A program made the position numbers and the translations under genes. Positions 49,696 to 57,885 of a DNA stretch of 64,000 nt are shown here, one piece after another. Source of the stretch: an uncultured Pseudomonadales bacterium (GTDB lineage: Bacteria; Patescibacteriota; Microgenomatia; UBA1400; PJMF01). Location: NCBI GenBank assembly GCA_964653045.1, contig CAZZBW010000002.1:298-64297 (forward strand). Direction: 5' to 3'. The notes under the pieces were generated by a model that did no database searches, was not told the origin of the DNA, and was given only the letters and a program-made list of their open reading frames with translations. Numbering within the stretch: the stretch's first letter is position 1; each line of letters begins with the position of its first letter.

Positions 49696-49883
49696 ATTAA
49701 TTGGGGCAGTTTTCGGTTGAAATGAGGTTGAAACCTAGTTTAATAAAGAGCAGTTTGCTCAAATTTAGGGTAATTGCAAAAAAATGATTCCGAAACTTAA
49801 AAAGTCGACGATCCACCGGGCTAGATTAACGGTTGGGAAAGACAATGATGGGATTGCGCGAAATTAAATTTCCCTCAAGGTAC

Positions 49884-49912
49884 TTGACAAAGAAGGAGAG
49901 GAAGAAGAAAAT
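49884..49912 (+). promoter_or_regulatory. Promoter-like TTGACA-17-GAAAAT with purine-only spacer, copy 1
   Basis: TTGACA AAGAAGGAGAGGAAGAA GAAAAT. Confidence 0.7.
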
Positions 49913-49951
49913 ACACATAGTATCAAAAACAGATCGTTGAAAGGCTACCTT

Positions 49952-50413
49952 ATGCCTACAGATGAGCAAAATAAATTTACTCCCGAAACAGCCCATAATC
50001 TTGGTGATAGAGAGAACGCAGCGCCTGGTGATTTTCCAGACATTGCCAAACTTTTTGAAGACTTAGAACCCGATCCCAATTTAACACTAGAGCAAGTTGA
50101 AAAGATTGGTCAAACTATCGTAGATATTCAACATGTTATTGAAGAAAAATCAAAAGGAAAAAATCCTTTAGACGATAATGGCGCTGAAAAGTTGGCAAAT
50201 ATGATTGCAGCACAAATCGGTATATCCCCAGTTCCAAGATTGGAAGTTAAATCCCAAACCCCGCAAATTATAGCTTTCCATGGTCAAAAAATCCGAAAAT
50301 GGGAAGTTGGATTTACTACCTATAGTGGTCAAGCAAAATTAATGTTTGTCAATACCAAAGGGTCGTGGAGTATATACTATGTTAGACCCGACGTCATGAG
50401 GCAACAACAATAA
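49952..50413 (+). CDS. Hypothetical protein with acidic N-terminus
   Basis: ORF MPTDEQ... downstream of GAAAGG. Confidence 0.7.
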   Translation: MPTDEQNKFTPETAHNLGDRENAAPGDFPDIAKLFEDLEPDPNLTLEQVEKIGQTIVDIQHVIEEKSKGKNPLDDNGAEKLANMIAAQIGISPVPRLEVKSQTPQIIAFHGQKIRKWEVGFTTYSGQAKLMFVNTKGSWSIYYVRPDVMRQQQ

Positions 50414-50480
50414 AACGAAGCTAAAAAGGTTTTAATTTTTAGATAAACGTCGCGAAGATTATTGATTTGTCCTATCCCTA

Positions 50481-51542
50481 TTAATACTGCGGTAAGAAAA
50501 TTTTCCGGTTTTGCTCGTTCACCACAATTTGTGGGTAACCTTTTTCGACGATAATGCGCGCTGCCTTGCGCACCGCGCCTTGCATAGTGCGCTGCAGTGA
50601 ACGAATCCCCATATCATAACCTAGCGGCCGGATCACGGCGGGCCAAACGTTTTCCTCAATAATAAACTGTTCTGGTTTGAGTCCGGCCGCTTCCAGCAGT
50701 CCCGGCAACACATACTTTTGCGCGATCACCATTTTTTCATGATCGGTGTAGCTAGGCATCGAGATTTTCTCTAATCGATCTAACACCGCGGTCACAATTT
50801 GGGTGGTATTGTTCGCAGTCGCGATAAAAATTGCGTGTGACAAATCAACTGGGTAATCAATATAGGTATCGCGAAATGCATTATTTTGCGCCGGATCAAG
50901 CAACTCAACGAGCACACCCATAATATCCCGATTGGCTTCTTCAGCGCTTCTGTCAATCTCGTCGAGCAAAATCACCGGATTACGAACGCCAGCTTCACAA
51001 ATTCCCTTGATCACCCTGCCCGGCTCAGCGCCCAGAAGTAACCGAGAATCACCACGTAATTCCTTGGCACCACCCATGCCGCCAAACGGGATACGAACCA
51101 TTTTGCGATCTAAAGCCTCAGCCAACGAATAGGCAAAAGTGGTTTTACCAGTACCCACCAGACCAACTAGTAACAACACTGGTGCTCGAAATTCAGTATC
51201 GCCAAACTGCTCTTTACGCATTTTCAACACCGCCACATACTCAAGAAACCGATCTTTGACCTCTTGCATGCCAAAATGATGTTTTTCGAAAATTTGTCGG
51301 GTAATTTCAAGATCTAATCTGTCTGGAGTTTCTTTTTCCCATGGAATTTTTAGCACCCAATCGATGAATTTTGAGACTTTCTCATACTTTTCGTCATAAC
51401 TACCTAACTCAACCGACCGCTCCAGCGCCACAATGTCTTTTTTCAATTTGTTAGACATTTCTTCAGGCAAGCCCTGCGCCTGGGTCACGCGTACCTTCAG
51501 GTCCTCTATCTCTTGCTGGAGAATTTGTTTGTAATCAGACAT
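50481..51542 (-). CDS. Lon-type AAA+ ATPase lacking the protease domain
   Basis: IDWVLKIPW, HFGMQEVKDR, GLVGTGKTT, NPVILLDEID, LLDPAQN..F.D.Y and LDRLE motifs; ends right after the AAA lid. Confidence 0.88.
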   Translation of the reverse strand: MSDYKQILQQEIEDLKVRVTQAQGLPEEMSNKLKKDIVALERSVELGSYDEKYEKVSKFIDWVLKIPWEKETPDRLDLEITRQIFEKHHFGMQEVKDRFLEYVAVLKMRKEQFGDTEFRAPVLLLVGLVGTGKTTFAYSLAEALDRKMVRIPFGGMGGAKELRGDSRLLLGAEPGRVIKGICEAGVRNPVILLDEIDRSAEEANRDIMGVLVELLDPAQNNAFRDTYIDYPVDLSHAIFIATANNTTQIVTAVLDRLEKISMPSYTDHEKMVIAQKYVLPGLLEAAGLKPEQFIIEENVWPAVIRPLGYDMGIRSLQRTMQGAVRKAARIIVEKGYPQIVVNEQNRKIFLPQY

Positions 51543-51590
51543 AGGGCAGTACTTTTCTTCAGTCCAGTGTAACAAAAGTGACGAATGTTG

Positions 51591-52517
51591 TCACTGCGAT
51601 AACAGTATTTGATCTTTAGTTAATAAACCAGTTTTCGCACCATATGATTGAATTACTGATGTGGAGTTGCGTAAACCTAGTTGCACACACTCATCGATCG
51701 GCATTTTCCACAGATAACCAGCCACAAAACCTGAGGCAAATGCATCACCCGCGCCCGTGGTATCCACGGCGCGGGCAGCTAGACTGCTGAAGTGTTGCTT
51801 CGCTCCTTTGAAAAACACCCTACCTCCCTTCGCCCCATTGGTTACGACTACTATCGGAATCTGTGTCAAAAGGATTGAGTGGAGCGACTTCAGCATTGCC
51901 CACTCCTTCTCATTCACAAACAGAATCTCCACCGGCAGCGACACCAGATCAAATTGACCGGCCGCAAGTAAATTAAGCTCTGCCGTACCAGGATTCCAAG
52001 ATAAGTGCCGAATTCCCTGACGAAAGTGGAAAATTTCCTTTAGCGTGCTGTGTCTACCAGAAATGCTACTCAAATGCACCCAGTCTGCCGACTTCAATAA
52101 CGCTTCTGGCAAATCGGGAGGATCCAACAACGAGGCTGCACCCCGATGTACCATCACCGTCCGGTCTCCACTTGGACCAACCAAAATGACAGATCCACCG
52201 GTTTGTTCTCGCCTTTCACGAATCATTTTTGAAACGTCAACTTCTGTTTTGATCAAATCACTCATCACGATCTGGGCAAAATCGTCTTTTCCCAACTCGC
52301 TAACTAAAATTGCATTGAAATCTAATCTAGCAAAACCTACTGCAGTATTACTCCCACCCCCTCCAGTGCTTACAGTCAGACCATCGAGTTCCAATTTGTC
52401 ACCATAGGTTTGACAAAGTAACAGGCCATCGTCTGTTGTGTGTAACTGAAACTGGAGTGAAGAAATAAAGATATCAACCAAACTTGAACCAATACTAAGA
52501 ATGTTTTGTTTTGTCAT
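51591..52517 (-). CDS. PfkB family carbohydrate kinase
   Basis: GGGGSNTA, NEKE and DTTGAGDAF motifs. Confidence 0.93.
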   Translation of the reverse strand: MTKQNILSIGSSLVDIFISSLQFQLHTTDDGLLLCQTYGDKLELDGLTVSTGGGGSNTAVGFARLDFNAILVSELGKDDFAQIVMSDLIKTEVDVSKMIRERREQTGGSVILVGPSGDRTVMVHRGAASLLDPPDLPEALLKSADWVHLSSISGRHSTLKEIFHFRQGIRHLSWNPGTAELNLLAAGQFDLVSLPVEILFVNEKEWAMLKSLHSILLTQIPIVVVTNGAKGGRVFFKGAKQHFSSLAARAVDTTGAGDAFASGFVAGYLWKMPIDECVQLGLRNSTSVIQSYGAKTGLLTKDQILLSQ

Positions 52518-52520
52518 TAT

Positions 52521-53153
52521 TTATTCCTTATGGGGCAATTTAGCCCGGTCGCGCAACTCTGTTTCAAACTCTTCCAAAGCTGTCTTCGTTTCTTCCTGGT
52601 TTTTGACAATTTTGTAGATATTTTGCTCTTTTTCTCCAATAAAAAAATTATTATTGATTACTCGTACCACCTCGTGCCAAAATTCACCGTACAAAATGAT
52701 CGGCTTGTGATTGCCATAGTTAAGATGACTGAGTAACCATGCTGTGGTCCATTCACTCAGCGTGCCTGTCCCACCTTGAAAACAAATAAACGCGTCCGCT
52801 TGATCAATTAATCCAAACATCCGTTCAATGTAATTGGCAGTTTTGATCTCCAAATCAACAATGTTGCTAGGCGCTCGCCCCTCAAACTCTGGCATATCGT
52901 GTGGTTGAAATGTTACAGCTATCGTTTTTCCCCCTGCCGACTCAGCACCAAGAGTGGCAGCCTCCATTGTCCCGGGACCGCCACCATTGACCACAGCTAT
53001 GCCGTTGTATGCTAGGTAGCGAGCTACTTTGAATACTTCTTGATAAAGAGGGTGCTGCCTATCTACATCTGCGCTGCCGAAGATTGCCACCGCATCGATA
53101 TTGCAGTGCTGCTTGGGTGCTGGAACCACTACACGAGTTTTCATCTGGCTCAC
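52521..53153 (-). CDS. LOG family (Rossmann-fold nucleotide-binding) protein
   Basis: IFGSA, GGGPGTMEA and GGTGTLSE motifs. Confidence 0.88.
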   Translation of the reverse strand: MSQMKTRVVVPAPKQHCNIDAVAIFGSADVDRQHPLYQEVFKVARYLAYNGIAVVNGGGPGTMEAATLGAESAGGKTIAVTFQPHDMPEFEGRAPSNIVDLEIKTANYIERMFGLIDQADAFICFQGGTGTLSEWTTAWLLSHLNYGNHKPIILYGEFWHEVVRVINNNFFIGEKEQNIYKIVKNQEETKTALEEFETELRDRAKLPHKE

Positions 53154-53175
53154 TTTTAACTAACTTAATAATGTT

Positions 53176-53865
53176 TCAACATACCCGACTCATCTCTAAA
53201 TAGGTAGAAGCAAAATTGTCTGATTTCCACAATAAGCTCCCAACTGCCACGCTATCCACACCGAGTTTTTTGAGTTTTTTCATTTTGGCGATGTTGATTC
53301 CTCCATCTACTACAATCTGATAATCAAGCTGGTTTTTAGCTCGATACTCAACCACCTGATCAATTAACGACCAAATGTGTTCAGAAAATTTTTGGCCCTG
53401 TTGCCCCGCCTCAACACTCATTACTTGAATTACATCTAACTTGCTCAAAACTTCTTCATCGATCGAGTCAAGCGGTGTATATAAATCGAGGGACAAGCCT
53501 ACTTGCCAACCTTGATCTCGCACCAACTTGACGTAATTCTCTTGACTGGACATCTTCTCAATTTGAGCAATTACCACTCTGATGGGTAATTGAGCTTTGA
53601 AATCGATTAACTCGTACACATAATCCATTGGCTCTTCCACCATCAGGTGAAAATCAGCATTAAGTTGATCGAAGTCCAAGAAAGCATAATCAGCTGGCGT
53701 TAATGTTAGATTGTCAGCATAAAAACCATCAATAATATCAATTTGGACTGTTTGGAGTCCGGCTTGGGCAGCCAGCTGCAGCTGGCTGGCTGCTTCTGTC
53801 ATATCCTCAGTCAAAATCGAGGGTAAAATTGCTAGTTTTTTTTTATCAGTTTTTTTCTTCTTCAT
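53176..53865 (-). CDS. rpe: Ribulose-phosphate 3-epimerase
   Basis: PSIL, DIIDG, HLMV, MSVEAG..GQ and VDGGIN motifs. Confidence 0.9.
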   Translation of the reverse strand: MKKKKTDKKKLAILPSILTEDMTEAASQLQLAAQAGLQTVQIDIIDGFYADNLTLTPADYAFLDFDQLNADFHLMVEEPMDYVYELIDFKAQLPIRVVIAQIEKMSSQENYVKLVRDQGWQVGLSLDLYTPLDSIDEEVLSKLDVIQVMSVEAGQQGQKFSEHIWSLIDQVVEYRAKNQLDYQIVVDGGINIAKMKKLKKLGVDSVAVGSLLWKSDNFASTYLEMSRVC

Positions 53866-54298
53866 ACTTACCAATTTCAGCCACTCGCCGCAGATACTTC
53901 TCTTCTGTCAACTTGGGTGCATCAAGAAATACTGAAACTAACTCTTTGGCTTGATCCAACTCAAAATAATCTGAAGCGAGAGAAAGGACATTGATATGAT
54001 CATGTTGCTTGGCGTGCTCTACTTGATCTACAGACCAACCTTGGGCGGCACGAACTCCTCTGACTTTGTTGGCAGCAATGTTGACTCCCACGCCTGAACC
54101 GCAGATTAAAATGCCGAGAGCATCGGTGGCGGAGGCGGTCGCCTCCGCCACCACAATCGCCACATCAGGATAATCGTCATCCGGATCAAACTCTTCTGGT
54201 CCTAAATCAACCACAGTAACCTCTAATTCTTCTAACCATGGTTTGAGCTCGTTCTTGAGCTCAAACCCCCGATGATCCGCGCCAATATAGATTGTCAT
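53846..54298 (-). CDS. rpiB: Ribose-5-phosphate isomerase B
   Basis: GADHRGFELK, DYPD and CGSGVGVNIAANK motifs. Confidence 0.93.
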   Translation of the reverse strand: MTIYIGADHRGFELKNELKPWLEELEVTVVDLGPEEFDPDDDYPDVAIVVAEATASATDALGILICGSGVGVNIAANKVRGVRAAQGWSVDQVEHAKQHDHINVLSLASDYFELDQAKELVSVFLDAPKLTEEKYLRRVAEIGKYEEEKN

Positions 54299-54320
54299 AG
54301 CAATTTACAGTGTATCAAAC

Positions 54321-54358
54321 TTGACCCCGACTTTGCTAGAGCTTCATCGGGATCTCGT
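54321..54358. repeat. 38-bp hairpin repeat, copy A
   Basis: TTGACCCCGACTTTGCTAGAGCTTCATCGGGATCTCGT; near-copy at 57325-57362. Confidence 0.75.
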
Positions 54359-54382
54359 TCAATCATGCCCTTCTTGACTTAC

Positions 54383-54411
54383 TTGACAATAAAGCAGAAG
54401 CAGAAGAAAAT
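54383..54411 (+). promoter_or_regulatory. Promoter-like TTGACA-17-GAAAAT, copy 2
   Basis: TTGACA ATAAAGCAGAAGCAGAA GAAAAT. Confidence 0.7.
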
Positions 54412-54442
54412 AACGTGAGTATCAAGTCATGAAAGGTTTACT

Positions 54443-54766
54443 ATGGCAGAAGCATTTTTTGAAGCACCTGAAGAAATAAGTAGTGGGGTCAAAGAAAGAC
54501 CACCAACAGATACTGAAAATCCGGATAACGATGAACTATTAGTAGATCCAAACCAAGAATTGTTGAGTTCTGCACTCAATATTGTCGAACAACTTTCCAA
54601 AGACGGCAGAATTGGCGAATTAGCCCAAATTGCCAATGCGGCTACAGGAAAAATAAAACAAGCAATAGCTGAGGCTGAAGCGATGCACCACGAGGTGAAA
54701 CAACAAGGTGGTGGAGGTCAAAACAAATTACGGCAATTACTTGGACGGATTAGTGGTAGCAGATAA
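54443..54766 (+). CDS. Hypothetical protein with acidic N-terminus
   Basis: ORF MAEAFFEAPEE... downstream of GAAAGG. Confidence 0.7.
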   Translation: MAEAFFEAPEEISSGVKERPPTDTENPDNDELLVDPNQELLSSALNIVEQLSKDGRIGELAQIANAATGKIKQAIAEAEAMHHEVKQQGGGGQNKLRQLLGRISGSR

Positions 54767-54820
54767 AAATCTAAATCTTCGTCTGCTCTTACAAGTCAAT
54801 TGCGTTTAACACAACAAAAA

Positions 54821-54871
54821 AAATCCCCCCTACTGCGCCCCGCCGTTAGCGGGACTTCATAGGGGGGATTT
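54821..54871. terminator. Terminator-like hairpin between convergent genes with a REP-like sequence in its loop
   Basis: AAATCCCCCCTA / TAGGGGGGATTT arms with an A-tract on the left. Confidence 0.65.
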
Positions 54872-54893
54872 AAGTTTCAAAATAATTTATAAA

Positions 54894-55091
54894 TTATTTT
54901 TTCTTCAACACAGGCATGTTGGTGCGCTTGGTCTCCATGACGGCGTAACCAGCGGGAACGGCGTCAAGTGAGCCACTGCGAACATCGCGGGCGAAGAAAT
55001 AAATTCTTTGTTTGCGACCATTTTTCAGGGTCACATCTTTGAAATGCAGGTAGTAAACCTGTTTTTTAGCATTGGTATAGCTGTATGCCAT
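54894..55091 (-). CDS. Small basic hypothetical protein (65 aa)
   Basis: YYLH..V.L..G....IYFF...P.GY.V.E......P.LKK pattern; AAAGGA RBS. Confidence 0.8.
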   Translation of the reverse strand: MAYSYTNAKKQVYYLHFKDVTLKNGRKQRIYFFARDVRSGSLDAVPAGYAVMETKRTNMPVLKKK

Positions 55092-55169
55092 ACGTGTCCT
55101 TTCTTTAGGATGCTACTTACTACTCTATTTATAGCACACTTGAGGTGTGTTGCAACAGCCAATCTGGAG

Positions 55170-55718
55170 TTATTCGGATACCTCTTTACCGACCCTACCC
55201 TTGAGGACCACGTTACCCATTTCTTCACCCAAGCTCATTCCTCTCGTGATCATCACATCAACCGGAAGCTGTTCTTCAGAAAAAGCTCCACTACCAATCA
55301 GTCCTCCTTTTCCCTCAATTAGGGCAAAAGCTTGCTTCGGCTCCAGAGCACCTTCAGGCTGCAACCACACATAAAAACTATCGCTCTGGTTGACGCCACT
55401 GGCGATGACGCTTAATTTGACTTTACTATCCTCGATTTCATAGCGTAACACTCCATTGAGCGGTTGAACGGGTGATGGTTTTTGGGTCACCTTATCTTTT
55501 GTTTCGGTGACGTTTGGAGTTACTTCTTCTAGTGGTACTGTCGTATAATCTCCAACACCACTCAACGCTTCGCTCAACTCCTCTTCGGACAGATTCTCAA
55601 TCTCGATACCTTCACCATAGTCAGAAATTTCACCCCGACGGTCATACCACCTGGTGATCAGAAAGACTACAATGACAACTACTAAGGCAGGGAAAATATA
55701 TGGTGTAAGTTTATTCAT
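55170..55718 (-). CDS. Hypothetical membrane-anchored protein
   Basis: N-terminal TM segment and acidic linker; GGAG upstream. Confidence 0.75.
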   Translation of the reverse strand: MNKLTPYIFPALVVVIVVFLITRWYDRRGEISDYGEGIEIENLSEEELSEALSGVGDYTTVPLEEVTPNVTETKDKVTQKPSPVQPLNGVLRYEIEDSKVKLSVIASGVNQSDSFYVWLQPEGALEPKQAFALIEGKGGLIGSGAFSEEQLPVDVMITRGMSLGEEMGNVVLKGRVGKEVSE

Positions 55719-55801
55719 AGTTTGATGTTATTTAGCACTCCTTTGATCTATATTCTGCCTAATTAATTTCAGATGTCAATGACTAATAGGAAAATCAGTA
55801 G

Positions 55802-56068
55802 TTATTCGGCTTCAATCGGCCAGACTTGATTGCCAGTTCCAGTGTCAATTACAACTATGGCTGCAGTTGGACAACTCTGGGCGGCCAACAGTTTCGTCTC
55901 GTCGTCGTCTCCTTCTTGACTGATGACTCGAGCAATTCCCTCTTCATCCAGCTCAAACACACCGCCGGCTATCGCGACGCAGCTGGCCGCACTAATACAT
56001 TTGTCCCTGATCACAGAAACTTGGTACTTACCAATTTGCTTGGTGGTGACGTTGGGCTGATCTGACAT
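55802..56068 (-). CDS. Ferredoxin (single cluster, 3Fe-4S-like)
   Basis: CISAASC...CP motif. Confidence 0.9.
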   Translation of the reverse strand: MSDQPNVTTKQIGKYQVSVIRDKCISAASCVAIAGGVFELDEEGIARVISQEGDDDETKLLAAQSCPTAAIVVIDTGTGNQVWPIEAE

Positions 56069-56124
56069 ATTGTTCCTTTGGTTTCGTTAATTAATATTGA
56101 GTATTTAATTTAAAATAATCGCAG

Positions 56125-56844
56125 CTAAAAGAATTTCTCTTGATGGATGTGGGCTGGGTCAATTCCTTTTCCTGTCAAAATTTTGCTCACGTCTTGGATC
56201 ATGTTCGCCCTGCCACACAGGTAAAATCCCGTGGCAGGGCGAAACTCATGCGCCAAGACCAAATCGGTCACTCTACCAGTGCTGAGCGTCCACTCTGGGT
56301 GGGGTTGCGACAATGTAGGATAAAAATGGAAATTGGGTAATTGCTCGACTAATCCCTGAAACTCATCTAACCAAAATAAATCATTTGCGTTTCGCATCCC
56401 CCAGTAGAGCACAATCTCTCGTTGGTCTTGGCGCACTTGTACCAAATCCAAGATCATGCTGTGCATCGGTGCGATCCCAGAGCCAGTGGCAATAAACACC
56501 AACGCTGTTTCGCTCTGGTCGGCTATCACAAACTGACCCATCGGCCCAATCCCCCGAACGCTGTCACCGAACTTCAGATTATCTAAATACTGTGAACCAA
56601 TCCCACCAGGTGAGCGATCTATCAGTAGCTCAATTCCGTGTTGAGTGGCTGGCGAAGAGGTAATCGAGTAAGATCGCCGGTGCCCAACATCGTCAACCTG
56701 AATCGAAACATACTGGCCAGACTTAAAACCAAGCTCATGTGGCTCTGTCAGCTCAAAGTGATACTCCGCAAACTTGTCATTAAACTCAATTTTTTCTTCA
56801 AATTTGGCGGTAAACTGCTTGGGTGGATTGAGTACAGGATTCAT
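56125..56844 (-). CDS. FAD/NAD(P)-binding oxidoreductase (ferredoxin reductase-like)
   Basis: GQY, RSYSITS, GIGSQYL, ATGSGIAP, YLCG and EKF motifs. Confidence 0.92.
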   Translation of the reverse strand: MNPVLNPPKQFTAKFEEKIEFNDKFAEYHFELTEPHELGFKSGQYVSIQVDDVGHRRSYSITSSPATQHGIELLIDRSPGGIGSQYLDNLKFGDSVRGIGPMGQFVIADQSETALVFIATGSGIAPMHSMILDLVQVRQDQREIVLYWGMRNANDLFWLDEFQGLVEQLPNFHFYPTLSQPHPEWTLSTGRVTDLVLAHEFRPATGFYLCGRANMIQDVSKILTGKGIDPAHIHQEKFF

Positions 56845-56899
56845 GTGCCAAGAGTATAACATTGTCTGACAAGGGTTAGTAAAATTATGAGGTGACGCT

Positions 56900-56939
56900 G
56901 TCACACTGAGTCCCGATGCAAATCGGGATCGAAGTGTGA
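56900..56939. repeat. REP-like palindrome with a nested second palindrome
   Basis: GTCACACTGAG[TCCCGATGCAAATCGGGA]TCGAAGTGTGA. Confidence 0.65.
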
Positions 56940-57008
56940 GAAAACAGCCAATCTATCATCCAATTCTTTCATTCGGCTTACATAAGTTAAATTGGGTTTC
57001 CTTTGTTG

Positions 57009-57174
57009 TAGCAAAATTTTGCTAAATCTTTAAGCTAATTGAGCAAGGTAAATTGGAAAGCAGTGTTAGTCTTTTGTAACTGACTGATAGTTAGATCTGG
57101 AGTGTTCGTAAGCAGACGACAAGTAGAACCATGCATTAAATTTAGCTTTTATAAATTGTAGCAAAATTTTGCTA
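57009..57174. repeat. Paired 16-bp palindromes, copy 3
   Basis: Perfect TAGCAAAATTTTGCTA at 57009 and 57159 (150 bp apart). Confidence 0.9.
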
Positions 57175-57324
57175 ATTGATAGGGATGAAGTTTGGTTGAA
57201 ACGAGGTTGAAACCTGGTTTGGTGCCAACTAGATGGATCAAATTTGAGGTGATAACAACAAAGTGACACCGAAACTCAAAATTTAATTAATCTACCGTTC
57301 TAACTCAATGGCTGAAAAACCAGC

Positions 57325-57362
57325 TTGATCCCGACTTCGCCAAAGCTCCGACGGGGTCTCGT
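57325..57362. repeat. 38-bp hairpin repeat, copy B
   Basis: TTGATCCCGACTTCGCCAAAGCTCCGACGGGGTCTCGT. Confidence 0.75.
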
Positions 57363-57387
57363 GCTTTTTCTATTTTTCTGCTCGAAC

Positions 57388-57416
57388 TTGACAAAGAAGA
57401 AGAAGAAGAAGAAAAT
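57388..57416 (+). promoter_or_regulatory. Promoter-like TTGACA-17-GAAAAT with (GAA)n spacer, copy 3
   Basis: TTGACA AAGAAGAAGAAGAAGAA GAAAAT. Confidence 0.7.
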
Positions 57417-57457
57417 ACAGGGAGTATTTGTTTGGTTTTGATATTGAAGGGATACAA

Positions 57458-57874
57458 ATGAGCGAAGAACAAACAACGGGTCGGGATTTAGAAGCGAGAT
57501 TAAAAGAAGGTGAAACCCGAGAAGCTTCATCCACACCAGAAATTGTCATTAATGCGGCTGATTTACCCTTGCCTGAGCCAGAAATAACATTTGACGAAGA
57601 GGGAAATGTAGAATCCGAAAAAGTCGTAGTTTATCGCTTCGACATTACGAGGTTGGGAGAAGTAATGGATCGTTTAATCTATCATGCTGATAAAATTACG
57701 GGAGCATTGGATTACGGTAATTGGAGATTAGATAAAGAAAAAATCAAACCCGATAGCAGTGGGTGGGTTGAAATATCAGTCGTTAGAAACTCTGCTCCTC
57801 AAGAAAATCCTGAGCTCAGTAAATCTGTCGATGATCTTCGAAGATATTTTGCAAATTGGATGACAACAAACTAA
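57458..57874 (+). CDS. Hypothetical acidic protein
   Basis: ORF MSEEQ... downstream of GAAGGG. Confidence 0.7.
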   Translation: MSEEQTTGRDLEARLKEGETREASSTPEIVINAADLPLPEPEITFDEEGNVESEKVVVYRFDITRLGEVMDRLIYHADKITGALDYGNWRLDKEKIKPDSSGWVEISVVRNSAPQENPELSKSVDDLRRYFANWMTTN

Positions 57875-57885
57875 GGTTCAACAAC

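Noticed and set aside
56175-56187. Partial CAAAATTTTGCT match to the 16-bp palindrome (weaker ones near 30767 and 35606)
   Set aside because: Incomplete, inside coding sequence and with no partner 150 bp away
57300-57536. Minus-strand ORF with poly-Phe (FFFFFFF)
   Set aside because: It is the antisense reading of the (GAA)n promoter spacer
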